DNA from: Octopus sinensis | Lineage: Eukaryota | DNA length: 64,000 nt | Reading direction: 5' to 3' | Assembly (NCBI RefSeq): GCF_006345805.1 | Contig: NC_042999.1 | Span: forward strand, 169,012,001-169,076,000 | Notes under the pieces: model-generated | What the model saw: only the letters and a program-made list of their open reading frames with translations | Told to the model about the DNA's origin: nothing | The model's database searches: none | Made by a program: the position numbers and the translations under genes | In this document: piece by piece, positions 35,657 through 49,619 of the stretch | How the letters are laid out: each line of letters opens with the position of its first letter | How positions within the stretch are numbered: the first letter of the stretch is position 1

Positions 35657-36129
35657 AATACACACTCTCTCACACACAAACATATAGTCAATTCAATGGA
35701 CAAACAATTCAAAAAACGAAAAAAATAAAAAGAGAAAAAAACCAATGTGCACAAGAATATTAGTTTAATGCTTGGTGAAAGGAGAGTTTTTAATGTTTCA
35801 AGCATGGCTCATAATTGGAAGGGAGAAAGGGAAAAGTTCAAAGAAGGAAAATTGCCAATGGCCCATGTGTGGTTACATTTCACCTCCCCCCACACACACA
35901 CAGACCCCCCCCACACACACACAGAGGCACTTCAGCAGCAAACTTTTGGACATTTTAGTCACACAAACGACCAAGAGAATTTGCCTGCTCATCTGCCATC
36001 ATCCCACCTCTCCCATATGCTGCTTTACACTATCCTCAGGGACCCACTGAAATGCTGAATGAGCTCTGCTTAGTAGAAGCCTACATTTTTTACCCCACTC
36101 CAAGACAAACTTTCTGAATTTAATTTTTC

Positions 36130-39100
36130 AATGCAGCTTCAGCTATTGATGGCCCTCGTAGTCTTGACAAAAGACATTTTGCTATATTGATCAGCGAGAA
36201 GTAAGAATTGTTGACCATTGAAGTAAAAAGTATCAGCTGCAATATTTTGGAATGGTCTTGTTGAGTGTTCTTCTATCATCATTGTTTCTTTGGTATTTCT
36301 TTTCTGATGCCCATTGCATATTTCACATGATTGTTCTAGTTGTTTCGATGACTTTGTTTATGTCTCTCCAATAAAGCCTATTCCTTACTTTAAGCTGACA
36401 CTTTTCAATTCCATACTGTGCATCATGAATTCTTTGAAGAACAGTGTTTTGCGTGTTTTTTGGAATGACCATGCACTGACCTGATAGGCAGTCTTTCAAT
36501 GGCCAGCAGTTTCTTATACTTTTTGGTGTCTTTCACAGTCCCTGGCCATCCACTTATTATTTGTTTTAGAATTTTCAGTGCTTTATCTTCTTCTGTAGCT
36601 TCTTGCAACTCTATTTGGTTCTGTTCTGATATATCAACAGCATGTATTGTAAGATCTAATTTAATTTCTTTCCCTTGTTGGCGGTATTCTTGATAAATAG
36701 TCTGGAACTCTCATTTCTTTACCTGGTTTTATATGATTTGGAGCATCATTCAGTTGTAGCCTTAACAGCATTCTTTGCTCTCTTGGGGTGCAATGTTTTT
36801 GTTCTATATGTTTTCCAATGATCTGTGGTCTGATCAAATTTGGAGCTCTTTCTTGTACACATACATGTGAAATTTTTCATAATCAAGTACCACTACAAGT
36901 AGCTCTCTTTCTGTATTTACTCTTTTACTCTTTTACTCTTTTACTTGTTTCAGTCATTTGACTGCGGCCATGCTGGAGCACCACCTTTAATCGAGCAACT
37001 CGACACCGGGACTTATTCTTTTGTAAGCCCAGTACTTATTCTATCGGTCTCTTTTGCCGAACCGCTAAGTAACGGGGACATAAACATACCAGCATCGGTT
37101 GTCAAGCAATGCTAGGGGGACAAACACAGACACACAAACACACACACGCATATATATACATATATACGACGGGCTTCTTTCAGTTTCCGTCTACCAAATC
37201 CATTCACAAGGCATTGGTCGGCCCGAGGCTATAGTAGAAGACACTTGCCCAAGGTGCCATGCAGTGGGACTGAACCCGGAACCATGTGGTTGGTAAACAA
37301 GCTACTTACCACACAGCCTCTCCTGCATATCTTTACTTAACATCAGTCAGACTTTACTAGCAAATGCAACAATTTTCCCATCCTTGATCAGTGTTGCATC
37401 TCGGCCTAACATGCCAGACTCTATCTGGGTCACTCTCTTTGCATTAGCACTGAAATAAGTAAAGCAAATGTTTTCATAAACAGTCTTTCAATTTTTGAAA
37501 AGCTTTTTCATGTGTATCATTCAATTGTCATTCAGTGTCTTTCTTGAGTAGTGATCTCAGTAGAGCTATTCTAGAACTGAGTTCTGGTATGAAGGAGTTT
37601 AGATACTGGATTGTATCTAGAAATTTCTGAAGTTCCTCAAGGTTTGTAGGTTTTGTTTTAATTGAATCACATTTATCTGGATCTCGGTGAGAGCCATTTT
37701 CATTCCACATAAAACCATAAAATTTTATCTGTTTTGTCTCACTTTGCACTTGCCATATCTTCTAGCTTTATCTATTGTCCTCAAGTTCTTATTATGCTCT
37801 TCAATTTTTTTGTCTTATATGCAAATTTCATCAAAAACACCAATGGCTCCTGTGCAGTTTTCTAGTATTTGGTCCATTTTTGGCTGAAAAATGTTCTGAG
37901 GCACCTTGAGCCCAAATGGACACCATAAAAATCTGTATCTTCCAAATGGTGTATGGAAACATGTAAGCAGACTTGATTCCTATCAAGATGTATTGCTCAG
38001 TACCCATGCATGTTTTGCATCTAATTTTGTAAAATATTTAGCACCTGCTAGTTTGTGGGAAATTTTCTCAAGGGTTGGGGCTTTGTGATTAAGTTCTTTT
38101 AATGCATTATTCAATGGATTTTGATCTAAACATATAAATAACCCACCATTTTTCTTCCTGCTACATGCAATTGCATTCACCCAGTCTGCTTGTTCATTTA
38201 ATTTTGTGATCACACCAATTCTTCAATTTTATCTAATTCTTTCTTTAATTAATCTTTCAAGTACATTGGATACTTCTTTGGAGGTTGTACCACTGGTGTT
38301 GCATTTTCAACAATGTGTACTTTTTGCTTCCCTGGAAAATTTCCATACCTTTAAATATGTCAAGGTATTCACTTTTGAGGTTTTCTATGCTTTGCTGTTG
38401 TTTTCTTGTATCTGGTGTTATGCTACAGTTGATTTGCTCCAGGCCCAACTTTTTACATTGTCTTAGGCCTAACATTGTTGTATCATTGTTGCACACGAAA
38501 AATTTGGCTTGCATAGTGTTGGAATTTTTGTATCTAAGACTAAGGGCTACTGAACCATATTATGGTATCTTCTGAGACTTGTTGGCTTTCCAGCAGCTTT
38601 ACAAATCTTTTGTGGGTACATCTGCTTGTATAGCCTAGGGGTAGTATATTTCCATTGGTGCCAGTGTCTATTTTCATTTTTATTTTGCATTTTCTTTCGT
38701 AGGAATTTTTACAATCTATGATAGTAAATATTTCCCTGCTCTCACTGATATTGAGACTTTTGTCTTCTTTATTTTTTACAGTGTATAGATACGTCTTCTT
38801 CCTCAGTCTGAATTATATTGTGACTTGTAAGTGGCATCCACTACACCTGGACAGCTTTTCTTTGCTGGTTCCGCATCAGCTAAGTCTCTGGTTTTGTATG
38901 GGCTTTGTTTTCTGGTTCTGTGTGGACTATTTTCGTTTATAGTTGCTTTTCTATGCCAAATTTTTCAAAATGGTGTCTATGGCATTTTCTGCATTCTCTG
39001 TTAAATGCATAACAGTCTTTTCTTTTTCTGTGAGCTTTCCCACATCTTCTACATTGATTAGTATTTTCCACTAATACTTCTTCATAACGTAACCTTATGC

Positions 39101-39760
39101 TTTTAAAAGCTACCTCCGACATAAGATTTGGTTTATTACCCCCACCTTAGCGAAGGTGGAGGTATTGTTTAAGATGCTTCTTTTTACATTTGCCCGCTTT
39201 AATCCTTTTATTATTTGTTCAAGGATTCTTTCATCCTTGTTTACGCCAAAGTTACATCTTTCATTTAAATATTCATTGACTGAGTTTTTATTTTATTGCA
39301 TTGATGAAAATTCTAACCATTTAACCCCTTCGTTTGGTTTCTGTATCGAATGGGCTTCAAAATTTTAAATACATTGTTGAAGATTCTTTCTATTCAGTTG
39401 TAATGTTGGCATTTTTCATTAACCCTTTGCACAGGACCCTTTGGTCCTGTACTAAACAAGATATAATTGTGTATAAGTTTTTCTTCTATTCTGTTAATAA
39501 AGAAGTAGGAATTCATAAAGTTGATCCATTCATTGTAAGCCTTGCATTTATTCTCATTTGCCCAATCTATAATTGGTAATGAAATTGTAGATATCACCAT
39601 TTCTATAGCCTATCATTTGAGTCAAACTCACTTATATATTTTGGAAGAGAAAAAATTACCTTTTTTTTATTATTGTTGTTACCGCTGTATGTCTCACACT
39701 ACTCTCTGTTAACTTGAACACATAATTACCTTGTGACATGCTTTCTACTACCACATGTGT
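36130..39760 (-). mobile_element. Decayed Ty3/Gypsy LTR retrotransposon (gag-PR-RT-RH-partial IN)
   Basis: gag-like start at 39600. Zinc knuckle CRRCGKAH..KDC. Protease MKIDTGTNGNILP at about 38650-38685. RT WVNAIACSRKKNG...KLDAKHAW. Integrase start ADTFYFNGQQFLLLADQYSK at about 36180-36240. The domain order is Gypsy-type. LTRs were not resolved. Confidence 0.85.
36918..37327 (-). mobile_element. SINE family S1 inserted in the Gypsy pol region
   Basis: Full-length copy with pol-like sequence on both sides. Confidence 0.9.
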
Positions 39761-40760
39761 GATTTACCATCAAGGAACAAATTGTTATGTTTATTAATGA
39801 AAGAATTTTGCCTTCTGATATTTCTCTTTACATTCACATAAAACATACATTCATACTTTACTGCCATGATTCCCAATGTGGGGCATGGTAATGTTTTGGT
39901 GGGGCATGGTAATGTTTTGGTGAAGCATGCGTAGGGTTATGCTGAATTTTTATACCTTTTGTACACAATGTTTAGTATACCAATAAAGAAAGGAGACAAT
40001 TCGTGAATGAATTATTAAAAAAAAATTCTTTACATCACTTTGGTGGACAATTTTATCAAATTTTGGACACTTTAGAGACAACAGGTCGTTTTCATTTTAT
40101 TCATAAGATCTGATGTCACTATTTCCTTCAATTTAGTGGTATGTGAAAACATGTAGGTAATTATAAATGTGTATGTATGTGTGTGGTGTGTGTGTGTGTG
40201 TGTGTGTGTGCACGTGCATGCGAGCGTGTATGTAGTATGGAACTGGTCAGTACTGAAAGCAATGCCATCTTAATTCCTTATGGAGAAATAAACTGGAGAC
40301 AGACTTATGTGTGCAGGTATGTCTAAGAGTATTTTACTCTTTTATCTCTGGCGACGGAGAAGGTTGAAAGAATTGAACGGTGTGAAATCAGTTGAAATGG
40401 AGTGGAAGTGAGGAGTAGTCTCAGTGAAGGAAGAGAAAGAAGCAGAAAGAGAGAGAGGAGAGAGAGAGAGAGAGTGACTTATGGTACTGGTAACACACAC
40501 ATACTCACACACATGTATACATATGAACAGAGATGAGAATGAACAGGTCATTTTATTCCCACCAGTTAGTTTGTGAATTCAGCAAAAAGGTAAGAAAAAC
40601 TTCCATAATTGATATAAAGGCTTTTGCAGCTGAGAAGCTTCATGGAATATTTTTGGTTTCTTTTCGAACATATTTTCCAAAAGTTTATACTGAAATCTTT
40701 TTGAAGAAATTGTTGGAAGAATTTTCTTGAACTGAATTCATTTCGTGTTTGATTTAAAGA

Positions 40761-41756
40761 CATAACTACAGATGCCTACCCCCCCCCCCGACTTTGGATG
40801 ATCATAACTTTCAGGAAAATGGATATTTTTTAATGAAATTGTCTACGAATATATGTTATATCATGTAGATTCCAAATATACAAATTTTTTGCGGGGTGGG
40901 GGTGGGGTGTGTTTTAGGAGGGTTTGGTGGCGAATTTCGGAAATTCACTAGAGTCCAATTCAATTAGTCTTAACTTTCAAGAAAATGGATGTTTTTTCAT
41001 GAAATTCTCTACAAATATACCTTGGACTGTGTAAATTCCAAGCACACAGGAATTTGGGGGGAAAACAATTGGGGCTATTTTTGACAACTGTTCTCCACTC
41101 GCAGATGTTTCTGAACAAGTTGTCCATATTTGTTTCATTTCTCTGTTTTGTGCGTTTGTGCATCCGTAGATTTCTACGGAAGCAACAAACAGGCAATGAA
41201 GCCCTCACCAGAAAACTCGTTATACTAAAAGTAACAGCTAAAGGTCTGGTACACAGAAATACGTTATTAAGACGTCTTATCTGTTGCAAACGATTTTTTT
41301 AACTTTAAGTAAATTTCCAGGTTAACATTGTTACACATGTGTATGTGAGTGTGTGTGTGTGGGCAGGTGGAAGAAATCTACGGACGCGCAAATGCACAAA
41401 ACGGAGAAAATGAAACAACTATGGATGACTTGTTCAGACCCACGAGTGGGGAACAGTTCTCAAAAATAGTCTCCAATTGTTTTCCACCAAAATTCTCATG
41501 TCTTCAGAATCTACATAGTTCGAGGTATATTTGTAGAGAATTTCATTAAAAAATATCCATTTTCTTGAAAGTTAAAATGAATTGAATTGGACTCCGGTGA
41601 ATTTTCCAAAATTCTCCACCCCAATCCCTCCTAAAATTTTGTATATTTGGAATCTACCTAATATAAAACATATTTGTAGACAATTTCATTAAAAATATCC
41701 GTTTTTCTGAAAGTTATGATCATCCAAAGTCAGGGGCGCAGAAATCTGTAGTTATG
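40761..41756. mobile_element. Fold-back element with ~400-bp inverted arms and a ~195-bp spacer
   Basis: 40761-41175 aligns with the reverse complement of 41372-41756. Each arm contains two copies of AACTTTCA(G/A)GAAAATGGAT...ATGAAATT. Confidence 0.82.
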
Positions 41757-42076
41757 CTGATTCAAAAATACATAAAATGAGTAGCGCAACTAAAAAAAAA
41801 AGTTTGTCAATATTCAGAGGAATATTTAAAATTTGGATTTATACCCACAATCCATGATAAACTGCCACCAAGTTTGGGTGAAAAACTCAGATCTTGTGAA
41901 TTTTTCAAAGTCTTCTCCCCATACCCTGGAAAATACTTTTCCACAAATTACTTTATAAACATAATCTATTTCATTTAAAAAAAAAAAAATTTTTCCTAAA
42001 GTTATGAGGGAAAAATTCGGATCTTGTGAATTTTCTGACCCACCCACATACTTTCCACGCATTTTTTCATATTTGT

Positions 42077-42497
42077 TTACTCTTTACTCTTTTACTTGTT
42101 TCAGTCACTTGACTGCGGCCATGCTGGAGCACCGCCTTTAGTTGAGCAATTCGACCCCAGGACTTATTCTTTGTAAGCCCAGTACTTATTCTATCGGTCT
42201 CTTTTGCCGAACCGCTAAGTGACAGGGACGTAAACACACCAGCATCGGTTGTCAAGCAATGCTAGGGGACAAACACAGACACACAAACATATACACACTC
42301 ACTTATATATATATATATATATATACATATATACGACAGGCTTCTTTCAGTTTCCGTCTACCAAATCCACTCACAAGGCATTGGTCGGCCCGGGGCTATA
42401 GCAGAAGACACTTGCCCAAGATGCCATGCAGTGGGACTGAACCCGGAACCATGTGGTTGGTTAGCAAGCTACTTACCACACAGCCACTCCTGCGCCT
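42077..42497 (-). mobile_element. SINE family S1, full length
   Basis: Complete match to the other copies. Confidence 0.9.
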
Positions 42498-43562
42498 ATT
42501 TCCTATACATTTTTTTACATTTGTTGCACTATTTTTTTTATTTTGTTTCCAGGTGATATCGTAAACATTAGCCAAATTTTGAATAATAAAAGGTAAATAT
42601 CACAAGGGGGCATCAAGATTTTAGAAATGAGTCGGTAAGGAATGATCAAAAATCAGTTGGGAACCACCACTTTACTGGAAGCCTTCTTACACACACACAA
42701 TTCATATACTTCTTAAACCTCTTTGTGACTGGCATTTGTGCCCCTTTTTCTTCTCTTAGTGTGACTGACATATCATTGTATCACTTGCTGACATCATGCC
42801 ATGTCGTTTTTTAATAAGTCAAGTTGGAAGATTTTTACACAGATAATCACTTTTATTTACAACTCAAAACTACCAATACACACACACACACACACATATA
42901 TATATAATATATATAAATATATACATGTATACATACATATATGTACATACATATATATCTATATATACATGCATAGATGGGTACAGGACGTCAAAAAACA
43001 TAGATAAAATAAGAAGCAATAACATAAAAAACAAAAACATAGAAAATGAACTTTTTTCAAACAACGCAAAAAACAAACAGAGAAACGAGACATGCAACAT
43101 AAAGAACATTCCCCTTCATCAGTTGTCCCTGTTTTATCTACTCCGCATTTCGAAGGTAAGGACGAGATGTGACTTCATTAAAACAGTCCTTCCCGCAAAG
43201 CAAATTAAATCAAATTTGGGATTTTTTGCGGAGGGTGAAAGTGGTAACAAAAACAGGACAGTGAGAACAAAACAGTAAAAACAAACGGTGAGGGTTTTTA
43301 AGCCAAGACGATGTGAAGTGGTGAACGCTGGAAAAACGAGCTTTGAGAAGAGACAGGCGAAAGCACGTCTTGTCTTTAGGAAGGAAGTGGAATAAAGAGT
43401 GGTGGATGGCCATTGGTCACGTGTGAGCAACGAGAGAGTCAAGTAGGAAGAGTGAGAGAGAGAAGGAATGGTGAAGGGGAGAGGAGAAGAATAGGAAAGG
43501 GGTGGGAGAGAAAAACAGAAAGGAAGAAGAACAAGTGAGGGAGATAGATAGAAAGAAAAGAG

Positions 43563-43603
<41 letters not shown>

Positions 43604-44189
43604 CATGAAGAAATGTGAGCAAGAGAAATAATATTCTTAAGATTATAAATCTGGAAAAGTTCAGGACGACTTATTACATCCGATAAAGTACAGCACAAGA
43701 AAATTTTTACTTAAAATATTGCAGCTAAGGATAAAATTTCAAATAAAATATTTGGATTTAGAAAATATTAGCTTTTATTAAAACTAAAAATTTTATTATA
43801 AGTTATTACTTCTATTTGTTATTACTGGTTGCTTCTATTAAAAAAAAAATAATTCTAAAATATTTTTCACACTTTAAGAAAATTCATTTTTTAAAATTAT
43901 TAATTAATAATTAGAAATTTGAAAACAGATTATAAAAAATAATAGTAGTACATAATTAGTTAGTACAATAAATAGAATAATACAAAAGTTAGCTATATAT
44001 TACTGTAAAATCTATCTATAACAACAAATTCACAGTAAAATTTGCTTCAGTTATTGCCTAAAATATTGCCAAGTCTTCACATTTTTAGTCTGGAACAATG
44101 CCTATTTTATATATAATGATATTGCCTCCCATATATATACTATTCTACCTTGCATAAATTATGTGCCTTAATGAAGAAAGCAGCGAACA

Positions 44190-44780
44190 TATTAAACTAG
44201 AAACCGATGAACTAGAGGATGCAGCAGAGTTTACGTATTTGGTAGTAAGATAGCATTTTCAGGTGGCACCGACGAAGATTATTAAGATGAGAATAAGTAA
44301 GGCAAGAACCGCTTTTCACCTGTTAAAAAAACGTATGGAGTGTATTTTCTAACACTAACGTAAAAGCAGTGTTTATTGTATGGGGCTGAGACATGGCGAA
44401 CATCAGTTAAGTCAAATAAGCAAATAGAATCATTCATCAACAGATGCTTGCATAGTATACTTAAAATTAGATGGCCCAAACACATAAGCAATATGGAGCT
44501 ATGGCAAAGAACAAATCAGGTCTCAATTAGGGAGCAAATATTTAAGGAAAAGTGGAAGTGGATTGGTAGCACAATTAGAAAAGACACACCAAATGTAGTG
44601 AAAAGTGCTTTACAGTGGAATCTGGATGGATATAGAAAGAAAGGTAGGCCTAAGAACTCGTGGCGGAGATCAACACAAAAGGAACTAGAGAAAGGGGGAC
44701 ATTCATGGCAGAGTATAAGTACAGAAGCGACATGGAATTCAATTATAAGTGGCCTGTACTCCGTGTTGGAGGGTTAAAGG
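44190..44780 (+). mobile_element. RTE LINE 3' fragment (third RTE family)
   Basis: YGAETW, FINRCLHSILKIRWP, WKWIGSTIRK and ALQWNLDGYRKKGRPKNSWRR. Confidence 0.88.
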
Positions 44781-45292
44781 CAGAAAAAAAGAAAGAAATT
44801 TGGTTAAGAACTGACTTAGTGACAAGCTCTGAAAGATGCTGCATGTGAGTAAATTGCAGCCTTAAGAATATTATTCAACTACTACTGTAGTTGAATGATA
44901 TATATATGTGGTTATTAAGCTTTTATTTTTATATTACACTACAGAAGATGGTAGGGATTATAATTTTTGTATGACTTAATAGAGTTGTCGCTATTTAGTT
45001 ACATATATAGGAGTAGTTGTAATTTACTTATGGAATTTATTTATTGATATGGTTGTACATAGGATATTTGTGTTTGAAAGTTGTGGTTTCTTTGGTTTGT
45101 TTGTTCCTAAAGAACACATATTTTAGTGCTGTTGACATTGCAGGATTGAATGGTACTGCCCAGTTGTTGAAACCATAATGATATCCATGGGGCAGCTGAT
45201 GATAGAGATATGTTGGGTTGTTGGTATGGCTGTGGAATAGTATTATAACACATCCTTTTGATATATATATATATAATATATATATATATATA

Positions 45293-45796
45293 CTGTAAAT
45301 CCTCGAGTATAATACACAGGGGATTTTTAGGGGGATGTCCCTCTGAAAAGCCTAAACCTTGTGTATAATACGCACCCCTTCTCTAACTTGAGTTGTGCAT
45401 AATTAAGCCAGCAGTACCTAGTCGAACAAACACTTCTGCACATGCGTAATCCAATCATAGTGATGTTCTTAACTGTTATATGGGAATGTAAATATGTTTG
45501 CAAATTGTTTTTCTTACATGTTATTCTGTGTTCTGAATACTTTTATTTTAATAAATGTTGCTTTCTGCAAGTTATGGATGATTCTTTTATGACTTCATTG
45601 CTTTCAGGCTTAACTTAAGGTATTTTCATGCCCGAAATCACAAAATGTGTCTAAATAAACATTGCCGGACAGCAAATAGAGACTTGGACATCACTTAGAA
45701 AATATTTTTCATTTTAACCTCGTATACAGTGCGCACTAGGGATTTTGACCTTTAAATTTTGGGAAAAAAGTGCGGATTATACTTGAGGATTTACGG
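45293..45796. mobile_element. pogo/Tigger-like MITE
   Basis: TIRs C(T/C)GTAAATCCTC(G/A)AGTATAAT at both ends, flanked by TA at 45291-45292 and 45797-45798. Confidence 0.78.
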
Positions 45797-45869
45797 TATA
45801 TATAAATTTAAGGGACATAATCTAATATTATATCCAGTTACACATCTTGAACCTTCACTTTACTTTATT

Positions 45870-47600
45870 CAAAATTCATGTGGTGGACAATCCCTACTGC
45901 ACTATCATCTCCACTTGTAACTGTCCCACATTATGTCTATCATCATACCTTGACAAACTATTATCACTTCTTGTCACTGTCTTATCCACATTAAAGACAC
46001 CAACCATGTCTTTTTGACCAGTTCACTTTTCTGCCTGAAGAATCCAAACACCTATTCACCACAGACATCAAACCATTGTACATTGTCATCTCATATAACA
46101 ATGGCTTACTAGCCCTTAAACCCTTTGTAAACCCACTACATGAAACCAGTAATATTACACTCCTCACCTAACTGAGACCATCTTAATCCTTAATAGCTTT
46201 TCTTTCTCTGGAGAATTTTATAAACAAACTAGCATTATGACCCGTCGTTGCCGGGTCATAGTGCTAGTGCATGTATATATGTGTATATATATATGTGTAC
46301 ATATTACATGTACATCTATATATATACATCTACACATAAAATGCAGAATACAAAGTTATATCTTGATATCGCTAGTGATAACAATACTCAAAATATATAA
46401 CAGACTGGAATTGTAGGTCCGTCTCTTGTAATTTCGATCAATTGTATCTTGTCCTCCCACTAGTATAGAAGTGTGGCTACAATCCAGCCTACCTCAACTT
46501 CGGGGGGGGGGGGCATTTAAAATTTTTATCTGGCACGTCCTACGTCCCAGATATAAAGGTAAAACTGAAATATTTCCACTTTGCAAGTTCGAGTTGAGTA
46601 CTCCCTTGCACGCTCCGTTGACTTGAACCTTGCTTCTATTGTGGCGAATTTACCGCCTCGGTTTAGATATCTTTCATAGTCGCACCAAGACACTTTTCGA
46701 TGGTGCCCTCCAGGTGTTCAAATCTTTTTTCTCTACATTGTATACTTTATAGACAATAGTCTTTTCTTTAATTTAATTTTTTATTATCCATCTGGACTAT
46801 TCCATTTCTGCACGCTAATTTTATTTTTAATTTATTCCCATTCATGTGAAACCACTTATTCAAGTTCAAGTCATTGATGCAATTTTATACCAATTGCTAT
46901 TTTTACTTTTGTTATGTTACGATTATATTATTCTTTAGTTTAATTTTACTTATTACTTACTACATATAATTCTATTGTTATTATTATTTTTATTGTTAAA
47001 GTGAAAATATCTGACATAAAATAGAGAAATGTTTTTGTTTCACTTTTATCACGTAATAGTGGAGAAGATATGATATTGCTATGGGCTTGCTCTAGGCAAG
47101 AAGTTGAATATTTTTTTTTTTGCCCATGAAGCAACATGGACCCTAAGTAAGGCATGTGTAAAATTTGAATGAAATTGGTTATGTAGTTCTCAAGTTTTAG
47201 GGAAACACACAGACAGACAGACACACATTCTCAGTTTTATATATATAGAGATTAGTGCTGTTGCTTTGGGACGTAGGATGAACCCCAATGATGCCAACCT
47301 CTTTGAAGGCCAATTCACTGGTCCCATCCAAAAGCTGTATGGTCATTATATTGATGATTATGTTGGCATGACTACATGTACCAGATAACAGCTCATCAAT
47401 GTTATCTCTTTTGCTAAAGCCTTTCACTCTGCCTTAGAATTTACATCCACATATCTGATACTTTTGTTAGTTTTCTCTATATCTCCATCACTACAAACAA
47501 TGTCCACCTATCTACCTCTATCCACTTCAAACCTACTGACTCTCACTTCTATCTCTATTACTTTTATTCTCACCCAAGACACACTGAATCTGCCATATCT
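45870..47600 (+). mobile_element. Decayed PLE reverse transcriptase, split by a Helitron
   Basis: Left part reads ...LFTTDIKPLY...LNSFSFSGEFYKQ up to 46228. Right part from 47252 reads ISAVALG...ANLF...HYIDD...FHSALEFT...HFKPTDSH...SHP. Confidence 0.82.
46229..47251 (-). mobile_element. Helitron family A, complete non-autonomous copy (1023 bp)
   Basis: Minus strand reads A|TCTCTATATATATAAAACTGAG...palindrome...CTAG|T with no target duplication. Removing it restores the PLE frame. Confidence 0.92.
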
Positions 47601-48284
47601 TTCTCCTTTCTTACAAAATTTACCAAGCTTCATTTCCATGAATATACAACTAATATACAACTTCAATTTCTTTACAGAGAGTGACATTTCGGAATCAGTA
47701 CACATGTTTTGAGAATTATCAAAACTTTTCTCATTCAAACATTCATTATTGTTGATAATATGCAATGTTTCATGCGGAAACAATTACTAGCAACATTCAA
47801 AAACATTTGAAATTTGAAATTTTAATATATTCCATTAATATAAACAAATATTTTAGATTGAAAGACTTCTTGGATCAAAACTGGTATTCTGACATTCCAG
47901 ACAATGTTATTCTGCATGTTAGATTAAAATTATTTCTATATTTGGAGAGTTTGAAATGTATATGTGAATCAATCAAAAATGTAAAATTTTAATGCTCATT
48001 GTAGACTATGAGCATTAAAAATGTTATATTTTAATGAATTTTTGTCACATTTTAACAAAAATTTTTCTGATAATTTCCAGAAGCTTAAGTAAAGGGAGTA
48101 CTAATCCTAAACCAAGCCTAATCCTACCTCTGACCCAAACCAAGGATTCAGCTCAGTCAATAACACAATATTCTTATACTTGCTGTTAAGAATCTTGAAA
48201 TTTCTTTAAATTCTGAGGGATTACTTACAAATAATATCTACAATTACATGAAAACTGATGATTTTTGATATATATTATACTCAT

Positions 48285-48593
48285 GTGGAGGCGCAATGGC
48301 CCAGTGGTTAGGACAGCGGACTCGCGGTCGTAGGATCGCGGTTTCGATTCCCAGACCAGGCGTTGTGAGTGTTTATTGAGCGAAAATACCTAAAAGCTCC
48401 ACGAGGCTCCGGCAGGGGATGGTGGTGATCCCTGCTGTACTCTTTCACCACTCTTTCTCCCACTCTTTCTTCTGTTGGCCTGCTTGCTTAGCCAGCGGTG
48501 TGGCGTCATTCGAAGGCTAAAACAATGCAAACGCATTGTGACCAGCGATGTGTAACTACATCTGATGGTCTGGTCGGTCACGTGATCACGTGA
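48285..48593 (+). mobile_element. SINE family S3 with a tRNA-Arg-like head
   Basis: GAGGCGCAATGGCCCAGTGGTTAGG (A box), ACTCGCG loop, GTTTCGATTCC (B box). Consistent with the tRNA-Arg-derived OR SINEs described from octopus (family name from recall, not checked). Confidence 0.85.
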
Positions 48594-48859
48594 TTACACT
48601 CATAACATTGATTTTATTTTCTAATTTTTTATATTTGTATCTTTTATATTTTATCAGTCATGTGACTGTAATGAAGCATATCATGAGTTGCTAAACTATG
48701 AGGAGGTAAACAAACCAACAGAGGTACTAATGTTTCCTAATGTTACAAAGAATCAATTAAAAAATAAAAATTACAGTTTCATTTTATTCCATCGAAATTC
48801 ATATCTAATTTTCTGGAAAGCTTTCATTATCCCAGAATTGGCAAAAATTGCTGATTAGG

Positions 48860-49284
48860 TTACTCTTTACTCTTTACTCTTTTACTTGTTTCAGTCATTT
48901 GACTGCGGCCATGCTGGAGCAACGCCTTTACTTGAGCAAATCGACCCCGGAACTTATTCTTTGTAAGCCCAGTACTTATTCTATCGGTCTCTTTTGCCGA
49001 ACCGCTAAGTGACGGGGACGTAAACACATCAGCATCGGTTGTCAAGCAATGCTAGGGAGACAAACACAGATACACACACACAGACACACATACATACATA
49101 TATATATATATACATATATACAACAGGCTTCTTTCAGTTTCTGTCTACCAAATCCACTCACAAGGCATTGGTCGGCCCGGGGCTATAGCAGAAGACACTT
49201 GCCCAAGATGCCATGCAGTGGGACTGAACCCGGAACCATGTGGTTGGTAAGCAAGCTACTTACCACACAGCCACTCCTGCGCCT
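48860..49284 (-). mobile_element. SINE family S1, full length
   Basis: Complete match. Probable TSD TAGGTTA(C/T)TCT. Confidence 0.9.
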
Positions 49285-49619
49285 AGGTTATTCTGAAACA
49301 TTAAATATATTTTCACAAATGGAAACAAACAGAGAAATTCTGAAATTTGTGAAACTCCTAAGAAATTTGAAATTTTACATCATTCCATTCGCTTCATCAG
49401 TGATTGTTTATCTTTTACTTGTTTCAGTCATGAGACAGTAGCCATCCTGGGTGGGGTACACCTTAAGAAAGGTTATCTTGTTATCCTGCAACTTAAAAAC
49501 AGTTCCACTTCACTATTTCCTGTTGGTGCCAAATACCTTGGGAATAATTGGATTTATGTGTGTGTGAGTCCGTCTGTCCATCCATCCGTCCGTCCGTCTG
49601 TCCATCCATCCATCCATAT

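Noticed and set aside
39745-39950. Candidate PBS and 5' LTR for the Gypsy element
   Set aside because: The PBS-like TGGTAGTAGAAAG is degenerate and no second LTR copy is available to confirm boundaries.
43095-43165. Minus-strand CCTTCGAAA...CTGATGAAGG, resembling a permuted hammerhead
   Set aside because: Stem I does not pair, stem III is only 1-2 bp, and the 10.1-11.1 pair is mismatched.
48285-48365. tRNA-like sequence (also at about 50930-51006 and the S1/S2 heads)
   Set aside because: It lacks a proper acceptor stem and T-run terminator, and continues into SINE bodies with TSDs. These are SINE heads, not tRNA genes.
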